From the NCBI GenBank assembly GCA_965205025.1, contig CBDBFU010000003.1:1-64000 (forward strand): DNA of 64,000 nucleotides, in the 5' to 3' direction. Position 1 is the first letter of the stretch, and every line of letters begins with the position of its first letter. The notes below the pieces were generated by a model. That model made no database searches, was not told the DNA's origin, and saw nothing but the letters and a program-made list of their open reading frames with translations. Origin of the DNA: Candidatus Poribacteria bacterium (GTDB lineage: Bacteria; Poribacteria; WGA-4E; WGA-3G). Shown piece after piece: positions 19,382 through 30,147 of this stretch. Position numbers and translations under genes: made by a program.

Positions 19382-20674
19382 CTATCTATACACATACTTC
19401 TGTAAATGTTCAAATGTTCGTTCCACTGCTCCTATATTCTCCTCAATAACCTGTCTTCCAATCTTACCGGCAGAAATTCTTGCATCATCACAACCCATCC
19501 ATTCAACAATTACATTCGCCATCTGTTTAGGAGTCTCCACGCGTTTTGCTGCCCCTCTATCCAATAATAAAGATGCTTCGTAGGCATTATGGATAGTAGG
19601 ACCAAAAATCACAGGTTTCGACATCGCAGCCGGTTCCATCACATTGTGAACCTTACCCTGAAAACTACCCCCAACAAACACTATATCAGCTATTTGATAC
19701 AATTTAGCTAAAATACCTACTGTATCTATTATCAGTACATCAATATCGATTAAATCAACATCATTGCTTAGTTTAGTATAACAGTGGTACGATAATCCTC
19801 TATGATCCAATTCGTCTATAATCTCTGCAATCCGTTCGGGCGTAGGTTCATGCGGAACCAAGATTAATTGTGGAGTAAGTTCAGGATTATCTTCAGCGAG
19901 AATTTCATACGTATCTAATACTACCTTTTCATCATCCCTATATGTACTACCGGCAATAAAGACAGGTCGGGTTAGAGTAGATTGTCCAGGGAAAAAGTTC
20001 GTATCCGGGGCAACTGAAATTGCTCGTTTGTAAACCTGATCAAAACGAGTATCCCCAGTAACAACTATTTCCTGATTTGCTTTACATAGTATTCGAAACC
20101 TATCCGCATCTGACTCAGATATAGTACAATACAACGTCATATACTGGTGTATACTCTTAAAGAAAGATTTACTGAACCAAGATAGACTTTTTGAGCCAGG
20201 ATGAAGTGTACCAGCAATTAGTATGAGAGGTATATCGTTCTTGGAAGCTTGCCATACAAGATTAGGCCAAATATCGGATTTCGAAAACACCAGACAGGTC
20301 GGTTTAATAAGATTAATTATACGTTTAGCATTTCGATCTGTGTCAAATGGAAGATAAACTCCTGCATCAAGATATGTATATTTCTTTACATTAGATGCAA
20401 CCGAAGGTGAAAAAAAGGTTGAAACAATACGTACATCTGAATAGATCGCTTCAATCAGCGGTTTTGCCTGTTCAAATTCTCCAACAGAAGTAAAATGAAA
20501 CCAAACTGTCTTATCTAATTTTCTGGATTGACTAAGTTGATTCTCTAATTCCTGAAATACCTTCCGACGACCAATTATGCCCTCGCGTATTTTGGAATTA
20601 AAAATCCCTACCACCTTAAAACCTATGAATATCGCAGGAAGCGCGAAGATGTTATAAATAAATCGCCAAAACAT
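19382..20674 (-). CDS. waaA: 3-deoxy-D-manno-octulosonic acid (Kdo) transferase
   Basis: WFHFTSVGE, YLPFD, GDTRFD and FVGGSF..HNVMEPA motifs. Confidence 0.93.
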   Translation of the reverse strand: MFWRFIYNIFALPAIFIGFKVVGIFNSKIREGIIGRRKVFQELENQLSQSRKLDKTVWFHFTSVGEFEQAKPLIEAIYSDVRIVSTFFSPSVASNVKKYTYLDAGVYLPFDTDRNAKRIINLIKPTCLVFSKSDIWPNLVWQASKNDIPLILIAGTLHPGSKSLSWFSKSFFKSIHQYMTLYCTISESDADRFRILCKANQEIVVTGDTRFDQVYKRAISVAPDTNFFPGQSTLTRPVFIAGSTYRDDEKVVLDTYEILAEDNPELTPQLILVPHEPTPERIAEIIDELDHRGLSYHCYTKLSNDVDLIDIDVLIIDTVGILAKLYQIADIVFVGGSFQGKVHNVMEPAAMSKPVIFGPTIHNAYEASLLLDRGAAKRVETPKQMANVIVEWMGCDDARISAGKIGRQVIEENIGAVERTFEHLQKYVYR

Positions 20675-20779
20675 AATACAATATTATACTAAGGAGCAGA
20701 GAAAAGATAGGTATTTGTATAGAAGCATACCGGAGCAACACACCCCGGTTCTATTGCTTCTAATCTTATTATAGGTAGG

Positions 20780-21109
20780 TTATATTGCGTCTAAAATTTT
20801 CTTTTTAAGGGCATCTTTAGCCATTGCACCAACAATCTGATCAGCAACTTCGCCATCTTTAAAAACAAGCAACGTAGGAATACTTCTTACGCTATATTTC
20901 ATTGCTGTTTCTCGATTATCGTCTACATTGACCTTGCCAACTTTGAATTTATCTGAGTTTTCAGCGGCAAGTTCATCTAAAATCGGTGCAATCATTTTGC
21001 ACGGTCCACACCATTCCGCCCAGAAGTCAACAACGACAGGTGTATCTGAGGTCAACACCATTCCTTCAAATGTGTCGTCGGTTATTTCAAATGTGTTTTC
21101 AGCCATCAT
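20780..21109 (-). CDS. trxA: Thioredoxin
   Basis: DFWAEWCGPCKM active site; AAGGAG RBS. Confidence 0.97.
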   Translation of the reverse strand: MMAENTFEITDDTFEGMVLTSDTPVVVDFWAEWCGPCKMIAPILDELAAENSDKFKVGKVNVDDNRETAMKYSVRSIPTLLVFKDGEVADQIVGAMAKDALKKKILDAI

Positions 21110-21527
21110 AACTCCTTAATACACTGTGAATGCAAAGATGTTTAGGGTATGTTTCCACCAAAATGTCAATGGGTCTTACAATTATGTAACCAAAATTGTG
21201 ATACTAATTCCTACTATTGATGGAATGATAACATTCTGCTTATAACGAATTTATAATGTATTATTTTACAGCATTCTGGAATAAAATTCCAATCAATTAA
21301 TGCTGCAGAATGTAAAGTTCTGTCATAAGCAAAAATAAAAATTGGAGCAACTTAAGCTATTCTGGGTGTAAACCCTATCAGATTCTATTTTCACACTTTT
21401 CTTATACAAATAAAATGAAGAATAATTAAGAATCTAACAACTAATATACATATATCACAAAAACATAAAAAAATAGTAATAATACTTGAAAAAATAAGTG
21501 CTACGAAAAAAACATAGGTTAGAACAC

Positions 21528-21569
21528 AAACTAAAAACTATAAACTAATAACTAAAAACTAATGACTAT
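21528..21569. repeat. Imperfect 7-bp tandem repeat (AAACTAA, 5-6 units)
   Basis: aaactaa aaactat aaactaa taactaa aaactaa tgactat. Confidence 0.6.
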
Positions 21570-22532
21570 CTATAAAAACGATCCTAATTACAAAGTTTCA
21601 TATACGTCAAATATGCATACCTTTATAACCGATGGGAATCTCAAAATCAGAAAGGACAACAATAACACAAAATCACACAATTTGGAATTTCCTATAAAAC
21701 CAATTCAAAGTGGAGTAAAGTCAGTATATAACAGGGTTTACAGAAGTAATTTACACCAATTTCAATGTCACACCGTGTGACAAAAAGTGTAACTTTTTCA
21801 TTTATTCGGTACATAGATGAATACAACATTAATACGATCTACTGTCTGAGTATTTAGGATTAAATGACTGTTTTTACACCTGATTTATTGTCTGTATATT
21901 AGGATTAACAATTCTAATTCAGGAGAAACTGAGTATCTAATGATAAGTCTATTTTTTATTCAGTTTTGTATATCTAAAATACCGTACTCCAACGGAGTGC
22001 TATGTCCTAATACACTTCGTATGAAAAACATATAAGTACTTAATACACACTTAAGTTATATTGTAATTAACGTATGTGATTCACGGAGAATTGGTATCAT
22101 TAAATTATAAACCTATATAGAATAAGGGTTCGTAAAATTGCTCCGTGAAGGTTTCCGTGAAAGTGTATACACTTCAAGACGATAAAAATTAACAGATTTT
22201 TACAATACATAGTATCCATACATCTAACATATCTGGAGTTGAGATGAATACTAAAGATGATACTTGAGATAAAATTGGTATCCAAGTACGATAGCAGCGT
22301 AATGTTTAGTGACAAAACTTACATACCCATCAGGTTAGATTTTCTTGACATTTCTTCAGAGATGTGTAATACTATATCGTAGTAATGATTAAATGTGATA
22401 CCACTTGGTCAGTATGACCTTGTAGAATTGTTGTATAACGAAATACTATCATAAAGTTTTATGTTTTTTAGGTAAAACATTATATAACTTTTTGTAACTT
22501 ACAACTTTATAGAAGAAAGGATATTAAGTTAG

Positions 22533-22859
22533 ATGTTGAAAACACATCAGAAAACAATTGGATATGTAATTATCGCTTTGATGTATGTTGGTGGTTGCAT
22601 TTTCCTGATGTCAGGAAGTAATGTTACCTCAGAAACCGAATCCGCATGTTCTTGCTGCAGTGGAACTAATCAATTGTCTAATTCTGAAGTTTGTTGTTCT
22701 GTTGTTGCAAATTCAGCTGGTAACCCTACAGATAATAATACCAGTGATGACGCATTCGTAGTTATTAGCAAAAATAAAAGTGGCTTTACTACTACTACAT
22801 GTAACGGCAAAATGAACCTTTGTACAATCCCTGGGTGTTGTGACAAAACAGTATTATAA
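22533..22859 (+). CDS. Small Cys-rich exported or membrane-anchored protein
   Basis: AAGGA RBS; hydrophobic N-terminus; 10 Cys including CSCC, CC and CxxxxxxCxxxxCC. Confidence 0.65.
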   Translation: MLKTHQKTIGYVIIALMYVGGCIFLMSGSNVTSETESACSCCSGTNQLSNSEVCCSVVANSAGNPTDNNTSDDAFVVISKNKSGFTTTTCNGKMNLCTIPGCCDKTVL

Positions 22860-22886
22860 ATAGTGCGTAACAATGTGGTAAGAATA

Positions 22887-23232
22887 ATGGGTGTACAGTC
22901 AAGAGTAATTCATCAATTCGTCTTCTCACCTAACAGTCAGTATTTCGCTGCTACCACGAGTCGTGTATATATTGTTGAGAATGGAAAGCGGTAAGTCTGG
23001 TTACACGTACCCATGAGGATAAGAAGTGTGGGGTGAATACCTCTCATTTATCAAATGGGTCGCGTTTAACTTTTGCTACGTTAAGGGAATTTTACGTCTG
23101 GAATGCTGAAAACCCAAACCTATAACAAGTCCCACATACCATATTAACCCACTAACAGTTTTAGTGTTTTTGACACACGCAGATATTTTGGTGAGTGGGT
23201 GTTGGAATGTGGGCATCTTTTTATGAGATATA
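22887..23232 (+). pseudogene. Decayed WD40-repeat gene remnant
   Basis: Fragments IHQFVFSPNSQYFAAT and PLTVLVFLTHADILVSGCWNVGIFL*DI, with TGA where the WD Trp is expected. Confidence 0.55.
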
Positions 23233-23291
23233 ATTCCGCGATTGAAAATTGTAATTACAGGACATTATAGTCTGAAGTTGGATTTGTTATT

Positions 23292-25001
23292 ATGGATGAG
23301 ATAAAGTCAGCAATAGCTACAATCTTACAGGAAGCAATTCAGGATGCAATTGATGCAAGTGAATTACCAATAAACACCCCTCCAGATATTCCATTTTCTC
23401 CTACCAAAACACCAGATCATGGTGATATAGCAACCCCCATAGCATTAGGGTTGGCAAAAACTGCGAAAATGCCGCCTCGGACAATCGCTGAAACAATTCA
23501 TAAGCATGTGGATTTAGAAAAACATTCTATAATCAATGATATTGAAATTGCTGGACCTGGATTTATTAATATATACTTGTCAAATGAATGGTTATTTAAT
23601 ACGATAAGAAGCATACTCTCAGAACGGCAAGAATATGGAAAAACTAATGCCGGTTTAGAGAAAAAAATACAGATTGAATTTGTTAGTGCAAACCCTACTG
23701 GTCCCTTAAATATCGTCAGTGGACGTGCTGCTGCTGTAGGGGATACTCTGGTAAACCTATTAAATGCTGTAGGTTATGATGCTGTGAGAGAATTCTATGT
23801 CAATGATGCTGGTGGACAAGTAGAACGACTTGGACAGTCAATTGATATTAGATATAGACAAGCATTAGGTGAAGAGAACTTAGAGATTCCTGAGGGTGGT
23901 TATAATGGAGAATATATTACAGAATTTGCTAAAAAAATCGTTGATGAGGATAGTAATACACATCTACAACTTAGTGATGATAAGCGTATTTCACTTTTTA
24001 AGGAAAAAGGTATAGCACATCTACTTGGAAAACAAAAAACTACCCTTGAACGATTTGGGGTTAACTTTGATGTATGGGCAAGTGAGAAAGCAATACGGGA
24101 TAGTGGAAAACCTGATGAAATTATAAATATATTTCGGGAAAAAAACTATCTCTATGAAAACGAAGGTGCTACATGGTTTAAGATGACAGATTTTGGTGAC
24201 GATAAAGATTGTGTCGTCATTCGAACAAATGGGGAATATACCTATTTTGTTCCAGATGCTGCTTACCATTTAGATAAACATGATAGAGGATTCACTAAAG
24301 TAATCGACCTGTTTGGACCAGATCATCAAGGACATATTACCAGACTCAAGAATTTCGTTCAGGCACTGGGATTATCAGATGATTGGTTAGAAGTAGATAT
24401 TATACAACAAGTAAATCTTGTAGATTCAGATGGGAATCGTCAAGATATGTCTAAACGTCAAGGACAATTCTATACTCTTGATCTCTTAATTGACGAACTT
24501 GCTGAAGCAGTTGGTGAAAGATATGCAGTGGATGTCGCTCGATACTTCTTTCTAATGCGTGCTAACAACACACACCTTGACTTTAACATTGAATTAGCTG
24601 TAACCCAAGCAAATGAGAACCCCGTTTTTTATATTCAATATGCGCATGCAAGATGCTGTAGTATTTTTCAACAAGCAAAAGAACAGGGATATGAGATAAA
24701 ACCCGTTGAAGAAGTGAATTTAGAATTACTTGATCAACCACAAGAGCATGAATTAATTCGTAAAGCTGCAGATTATCCATCAATCATTATTTCAAGTGCA
24801 GAGGATCGAGAAGCACACAGAATTCCACACTTTCTTCATGAATTAGCCGGATTATTCCATCCATATTACAATCAATATCGTGTACTTGATTCATCGAATA
24901 ATGATAGATCCTATGCCAGGTTATTACTTATTGATTGTATACAAACTGTATTAGCAAACGGTCTCAGACTATTAGGTATTTCTGCACCAGAATCAATGTG
25001 A
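23292..25001 (+). CDS. argS: Arginyl-tRNA synthetase
   Basis: AGPGFIN, EFVSANPTGPL, FYVNDAG, MSKR, YIQYAHAR and ISAPESM motifs. Confidence 0.97.
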   Translation: MDEIKSAIATILQEAIQDAIDASELPINTPPDIPFSPTKTPDHGDIATPIALGLAKTAKMPPRTIAETIHKHVDLEKHSIINDIEIAGPGFINIYLSNEWLFNTIRSILSERQEYGKTNAGLEKKIQIEFVSANPTGPLNIVSGRAAAVGDTLVNLLNAVGYDAVREFYVNDAGGQVERLGQSIDIRYRQALGEENLEIPEGGYNGEYITEFAKKIVDEDSNTHLQLSDDKRISLFKEKGIAHLLGKQKTTLERFGVNFDVWASEKAIRDSGKPDEIINIFREKNYLYENEGATWFKMTDFGDDKDCVVIRTNGEYTYFVPDAAYHLDKHDRGFTKVIDLFGPDHQGHITRLKNFVQALGLSDDWLEVDIIQQVNLVDSDGNRQDMSKRQGQFYTLDLLIDELAEAVGERYAVDVARYFFLMRANNTHLDFNIELAVTQANENPVFYIQYAHARCCSIFQQAKEQGYEIKPVEEVNLELLDQPQEHELIRKAADYPSIIISSAEDREAHRIPHFLHELAGLFHPYYNQYRVLDSSNNDRSYARLLLIDCIQTVLANGLRLLGISAPESM

Positions 25002-25070
25002 TCAAATACAATTAAACATTAGTATTGAATAGTGTAATCGGATCTAAACTCTTATAGGAGATAAATATCA

Positions 25071-26417
25071 ATGGCAGTAAATTATAGAGAAATTGATAAA
25101 TCACATGTATGGCATCCGCTTTTTCAACACCAGAGTTTAAATGATTCTGATTTAACAGTTTTTAAATATGCTGACGGTTGTACAATTGTTGATGATAATG
25201 GTAAGGAATATCTGGATGCATATTCCGCATTATGGAATGTCAATGTGGGTTATGGAAGGCAAGAGATCGTTGATGCTGTATATAATCAGATGAAGGATTT
25301 ACCCTACTATCCTCATTCACAAATCAATGTCCCTGCAACACAATTAGCTGAGAAATTAGCTTCCATTCTTCCTGGTGATTTGAACCATGTTTATTTTTGT
25401 AACAGTGGGTCCGAAGCAAATGAAACAGCGATAAAAATTGCACGGCAATATGGCAAATTAACATATCCCGATCAAAACAGATATAAGATCATTAGTCGTT
25501 ATCAGGGGTATCATGGGTTTACATTTGGAGCAATGTCAGCAACTGGTCAGGTTGTTAGACGTAAAGCCTTTGAACCACTTGTACCTGGATTCCATCATGC
25601 ACACCCACCCTATTGTCATAGGTGTCCATTAGGTTTAGAATATCCATCCTGTGAAGTGGCATGTGTAGAAGAAATTGAAAGGATGATCAGAGCAGAAGGG
25701 GCAGATACTGTTATTGCAGTAATTGCCGAACCCATAATTGGGGGTGGTGGGATCATAGTTCCACCTGATGACTACTTCCCAAGGCTCCGACAAATATGTG
25801 ATGACTATGGATTACTACTCATCCTTGATGAAGTGATTACTGGTTTCGGACGAACCGGAAAAATGTTTGCTTGTGAGCAGTGGGATGTGCAACCTGATAT
25901 AATCACATTGGCAAAAGGTTTAACAAGTGGGTATTTACCACTCGGAGCATGTGTCACCTCAACAGAAGTATTCAACACATTCCTTGGATCACCAGAAGAG
26001 AAACGTGAATTCTCACAAGTATGTACCTATGGTGGACATCCTGCAGCATGTGCTGCAGGTGTAGCAAACTTGAAGATATTAGAAACAGAAAGACTTTGGG
26101 AGAATGCTGAAAAGATAGGAAAGTATTTATTTGACAAACTCTCTACCTTGAAATCAATACCAATCGTTAGTGACGTTCGTGGAAAAGGTTTGATGATTGC
26201 TGTAGAATTATGTGAATCAGATGGTTCGCGTCTATTAACTAAAAAGACAAACAAAATTGCTGGACTACTAAAGGAAAACGGGTTGATTGTTGGGAAAATT
26301 GGGCATGCAATTGAAGAGGAAGAAAATATACTTCATATCGCACCACCACTAATTCTATCTGAAGCAGAAGCAGATACTATTTACCAGATATTACGTGATG
26401 TACTTCTGAAGCAATAA
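25071..26417 (+). CDS. Class III PLP aminotransferase (omega-amine/taurine-pyruvate type)
   Basis: SGSEANE, YHG, DEVITGFGRTG and AKGLTSGYLP motifs. Confidence 0.92.
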   Translation: MAVNYREIDKSHVWHPLFQHQSLNDSDLTVFKYADGCTIVDDNGKEYLDAYSALWNVNVGYGRQEIVDAVYNQMKDLPYYPHSQINVPATQLAEKLASILPGDLNHVYFCNSGSEANETAIKIARQYGKLTYPDQNRYKIISRYQGYHGFTFGAMSATGQVVRRKAFEPLVPGFHHAHPPYCHRCPLGLEYPSCEVACVEEIERMIRAEGADTVIAVIAEPIIGGGGIIVPPDDYFPRLRQICDDYGLLLILDEVITGFGRTGKMFACEQWDVQPDIITLAKGLTSGYLPLGACVTSTEVFNTFLGSPEEKREFSQVCTYGGHPAACAAGVANLKILETERLWENAEKIGKYLFDKLSTLKSIPIVSDVRGKGLMIAVELCESDGSRLLTKKTNKIAGLLKENGLIVGKIGHAIEEEENILHIAPPLILSEAEADTIYQILRDVLLKQ

Positions 26418-27254
26418 TTTCAATTGGTGTTTCTTAGTAATTGGTATCTTGTCTGCTTGTGTTGCAATGGCATATTGTAGAGCATTTGAACATCCACAAT
26501 TCCGTTCTTCGCCGGATATCTTTGAAACTAAGTTTTTTACAATCTGTTTGGACACCTCTACATTGGAACGAAGATTATCAAGTATCATCTCTGTGGTAAC
26601 ATTATCGTGTTCAGCATGCCAACAATCATAATCTGTTGAGCATGCAAGGACGGTAAAACAGATTTCTGCTTCACGAGCAAGTTTTGCCTCTGGGACAGCT
26701 GTCATACCAATAATGTCAAAACCAAGTTGTCGATAAACATTGGATTCTGCTTGTGTAGAAAATGCTGGGCCCTCCATACAAATATAGGTTCCGCCATTAT
26801 GTACAGTCACTCCTTCTTCAACAGCGGTATCATAGAGTAACTTACTTAAATCCTGACAAAATGGATGAGCAAGACTAATGTGAGCAGCAATTCCTTGACC
26901 AAAAAAGGTGGATATTCTGTCCTTTGTATGATCATAAAGTTGATCGGGTATAACGAAATGGCGAGGTTCTATTTCTTCCCTAAGACTGCCAACTGCACTA
27001 ACCGATATAATTGATTCAACACCTAACGACTTTAATGCATATATATTCGCTCGAACATTTATGTCAGAAGGAAGAAGTGGATGACCAACGCCATGACGCG
27101 GTAGGAAGACTACGGATTGTCCCTCAAGTTTGCCGATAATTAGGTCATCACTCGGTTTACCAAATGGTGTTTCTACATCTATTGCTTCTATATCAGTTAA
27201 CCCCTCTATCTGATAAAAACCACTACCACCTATAATGCCTATTTTTACATTCAT
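26391..27254 (-). CDS. mtnP: S-methyl-5'-thioadenosine phosphorylase
   Basis: GIIGGSG, FLPRHG, EGPAFSTQAES, GMT and TDYDCWH motifs. Confidence 0.95.
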   Translation of the reverse strand: MNVKIGIIGGSGFYQIEGLTDIEAIDVETPFGKPSDDLIIGKLEGQSVVFLPRHGVGHPLLPSDINVRANIYALKSLGVESIISVSAVGSLREEIEPRHFVIPDQLYDHTKDRISTFFGQGIAAHISLAHPFCQDLSKLLYDTAVEEGVTVHNGGTYICMEGPAFSTQAESNVYRQLGFDIIGMTAVPEAKLAREAEICFTVLACSTDYDCWHAEHDNVTTEMILDNLRSNVEVSKQIVKNLVSKISGEERNCGCSNALQYAIATQADKIPITKKHQLKLLLQKYIT

Positions 27255-27302
27255 AAATACATTATCTCCAAAGGAAAGCAGAATAATCTGTTAAACACAA
27301 TT

Positions 27303-28124
27303 ATGCCATTGTTACAATGTGGAAATTGGATCTTGGAAGGAAAATCAAGTTCAGCCGTTGCAACATATATTAGAATAAAAGAACTTGATTTGATTTTTGA
27401 TTTGGGTAGATGTCCAATGAACTTCATCGGCACTAATCACGTCTTTATTTCACATTTTCATCTTGACCACTATTTTGGTTTACCAATTTATATAAGTCAA
27501 CGTTGGTTAGCTGGAATGCCACCTGGAAATATATATGTTCCATCATCTGGTTTCAAGCAACTCAAAGATATACTCAATAAACTTTCAGATCTTGATGCAG
27601 GAAAAGTTTGGAATTATCACATTATACCAGTAGAAACAGGAGATGTCATACCATTTCGTCGCAATCTTATTGCACATATCTTACCTGGTAATCATAGTGT
27701 TCCCGCTGTTTCCTATCTAATATGTGAAATTCGAAATAAATTAAAAGATAAATATAGAAATCTATCTGGTAAAGAAATAGTCGAACTAAAAAAATCAGGT
27801 ACACAAATTACCAAAGAAATTCAGTTACCCTTAGTTGCTTATCTTGGAGATACTCGAGGAATTTCAAGTGATTCACATCCACTACTTAACCAATGCAAAC
27901 TATTAATTTGTGAGTGTACCTTCATTACACCTGACCACCGTGAACGTGCAAAGAAGACCAGACATTTTCATCTTGATATGTTGCCAAATTTCTTAGAAAG
28001 GTTTGAGAGTGAATATATAGTGCTTAATCACTTCTCAAGGAGATATACACCCGATTTAATACGAGAAGTAGTCTATAACCAATTACCACCTTCAGAACAC
28101 TCTCGCGTTAGTCTATTTATATAA
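27303..28124 (+). CDS. Metallo-beta-lactamase-fold hydrolase, short RNase Z-like
   Basis: SHFHLDH, GDT, ECTF and HFSRRY motifs. Confidence 0.82.
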   Translation: MPLLQCGNWILEGKSSSAVATYIRIKELDLIFDLGRCPMNFIGTNHVFISHFHLDHYFGLPIYISQRWLAGMPPGNIYVPSSGFKQLKDILNKLSDLDAGKVWNYHIIPVETGDVIPFRRNLIAHILPGNHSVPAVSYLICEIRNKLKDKYRNLSGKEIVELKKSGTQITKEIQLPLVAYLGDTRGISSDSHPLLNQCKLLICECTFITPDHRERAKKTRHFHLDMLPNFLERFESEYIVLNHFSRRYTPDLIREVVYNQLPPSEHSRVSLFI

Positions 28125-28456
28125 TACCATTGATTCTACAAATATTCTATTATAGGTTATTGAACTACAACGGAGGGATTGTGAGAAGATACAGGATGAT
28201 ATGAATATAGTACGTTCCTGTCTACTACTCATATAAACATCTGGTTGGTGGAATTGACTAAGGTAGTATGTGAACACACTTATTTATATATAGATTTAAT
28301 ATATCTTTTGCCACAGTCTAATAAATAAAGTTAATTATCAAACTCCAATGATGAATTAGGGAGTGGATCAGCAAATAGACCTAAACTCAGTCTGAATTCC
28401 ACTCCACTAATATATGTCCATACCCACTAAATTTACCCAGAATGTATCGTGAAAAA

Positions 28457-29863
28457 TTAATTTCCTGCTCCAGGATATGAATTAGGATCTTGATCGGATG
28501 TACCGTTTTCTTGTTCAACATAAAACTTGTAACCATCCTGATCTTGATCGAGTTCATATTGGCGGACAATTTGTTCTGCCTCACGGAAATAAGGTGTGTC
28601 ACCTTTGGTTAGACTCATATATGTCTTGAAACCTTCATAAGCATTACTAAATTCTCTGATCGCCCGATAGCATACAGCCTGCTGATATACTGCTTCATTA
28701 CGCCATGTAGACTCAGCGGCGTTATCAAATAAATTTTCATACGCACCAATTGCTCTTTCGTATTGCCCATTTTGTTGATATAGATAAGCAGCTCTAAATA
28801 ATGCATGTGCAACAGCAAACTTCTTATGTGATAAGTCTTTAATAATGACTTTATAGGTATCAACTGCATTAGGGTAGTTCCTTATATCTTCCCAATTCTT
28901 AGCAATTTGTTGATAATTCTGAACAATTAAATCTGTCTTGCCTTGAATCCATTTCTCTGATGGCAGTACGTATCTACCCATTTCTTCATAGAGTTGTGCT
29001 TTTTTACTCTTATTTCTCAGAATTTCATCTTGTAGCTGTTTGATCTCAGTCAATAATGTATCAGTTTTTTTCAACATAGTAGTTACCTGTTCTGCTTCAT
29101 AGGTATCAGGAAACTTTTGAACAACTGCTACAAATGCACCCCATCCACCAGAATTAGTATAATCATACAATTTATAGAAATAGATGTTTCCAACCTGGTT
29201 TTGTGCTTGTACTGATTTATCATGTTTTGGAAATTCCTCTACCATTCTTTCATAGGAAGTAATAGCTTCAGGATAATTCTCTAATGCCTCATACGACTGC
29301 GCAACTTTGTATAGAGATTGTGCTGCAATATCATATGCTTCATCAGTTCCTTCAGTATCATATAATGCCTTATAGTTTTGGTAGTTAGCAAGTTCTTGCG
29401 TAATTAATTGACGGTTCTTAAGAATACCAGCAATACTTGCTTTAGCTTCACTGGCATAATAACCAGTTGGATCTAATTCTACGATTGCCTGATAGTGTTC
29501 ATTTGCTTTATCCCATTCATAAGATCTTTTATATATTTCACCTATCTGAAAGTGGGCACGTTGCGCATACTTACCTTTAGAATCCCGCTCTATAATCTCA
29601 AGATATAGAGACATAGCATCCTCATAAAGTTTCTGCTTCTTTGCTAATGCCTTCTGTTTCTCATCAGGATCTTCTGAACGAGTTGTAACCGCCTCTGCTT
29701 CTTCAAAAGCATTATCTGCATTCTGAATTTTCGCACTTAATGGAACTAAATTTACACCTCCGATACATCCAGTATAAGTTATAACAAATATACTGAAGAT
29801 CAAAAGTGGCAAACATCTACCTAAATATCGTCTTAATTGGTTTCTGGGTATTAGATGAGTCAT
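28457..29863 (-). CDS. TPR/BamD-like lipoprotein with a C-terminal Ca-binding-like DxDxDG motif
   Basis: AGGAGG RBS before ATG 29863; TGC lipobox; TPR repeats; DQDQDG..GTSDQDPNSYP tail. Confidence 0.8.
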   Translation of the reverse strand: MTHLIPRNQLRRYLGRCLPLLIFSIFVITYTGCIGGVNLVPLSAKIQNADNAFEEAEAVTTRSEDPDEKQKALAKKQKLYEDAMSLYLEIIERDSKGKYAQRAHFQIGEIYKRSYEWDKANEHYQAIVELDPTGYYASEAKASIAGILKNRQLITQELANYQNYKALYDTEGTDEAYDIAAQSLYKVAQSYEALENYPEAITSYERMVEEFPKHDKSVQAQNQVGNIYFYKLYDYTNSGGWGAFVAVVQKFPDTYEAEQVTTMLKKTDTLLTEIKQLQDEILRNKSKKAQLYEEMGRYVLPSEKWIQGKTDLIVQNYQQIAKNWEDIRNYPNAVDTYKVIIKDLSHKKFAVAHALFRAAYLYQQNGQYERAIGAYENLFDNAAESTWRNEAVYQQAVCYRAIREFSNAYEGFKTYMSLTKGDTPYFREAEQIVRQYELDQDQDGYKFYVEQENGTSDQDPNSYPGAGN

Positions 29864-29942
29864 CAATGTAAATCCTCCTAAGGAATAAAGTGAAACCAAC
29901 CAGTGAGTTGATGAAATTCACTGGTTATCGTTTTATAGATTC

Positions 29943-29970
29943 AGTATAACAAAAAACAAAATTTTGTCAA
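29943..29970 (-). promoter_or_regulatory. Sigma70-like promoter (leftward of a divergent pair)
   Basis: TTGACA-16 nt-TATACT on the minus strand. Confidence 0.6.
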
Positions 29971-30059
29971 GTAAAATGAAATGTCAGAATCTATTACTTA
30001 AACCCAAGTTGCAAGTACGTAAATAATTTCTTACTAATTGAATCGTATTCATAAAGTTA

Positions 30060-30088
30060 TTGACAAACTGGAATGAAATTCGTAAAAT
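30060..30088 (+). promoter_or_regulatory. Sigma70-like promoter (rightward of a divergent pair)
   Basis: TTGACA-17 nt-TAAAAT. Confidence 0.65.
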
Positions 30089-30147
30089 AAACGAATAAAT
30101 GACAATTGTTAATCTTGGGTTTTCACGATTTTAATGGGGAGACTGGT

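Noticed and set aside
21562-22315. ORFs 21562..21780 and 22100..22315
   Set aside because: No RBS or motif; they overlap low-complexity and repeat-derived DNA
21110-22532. Possible replication origin
   Set aside because: AT-rich, but I found no cluster of TTATCCACA-like DnaA boxes and no dnaA/dnaN/gidA context
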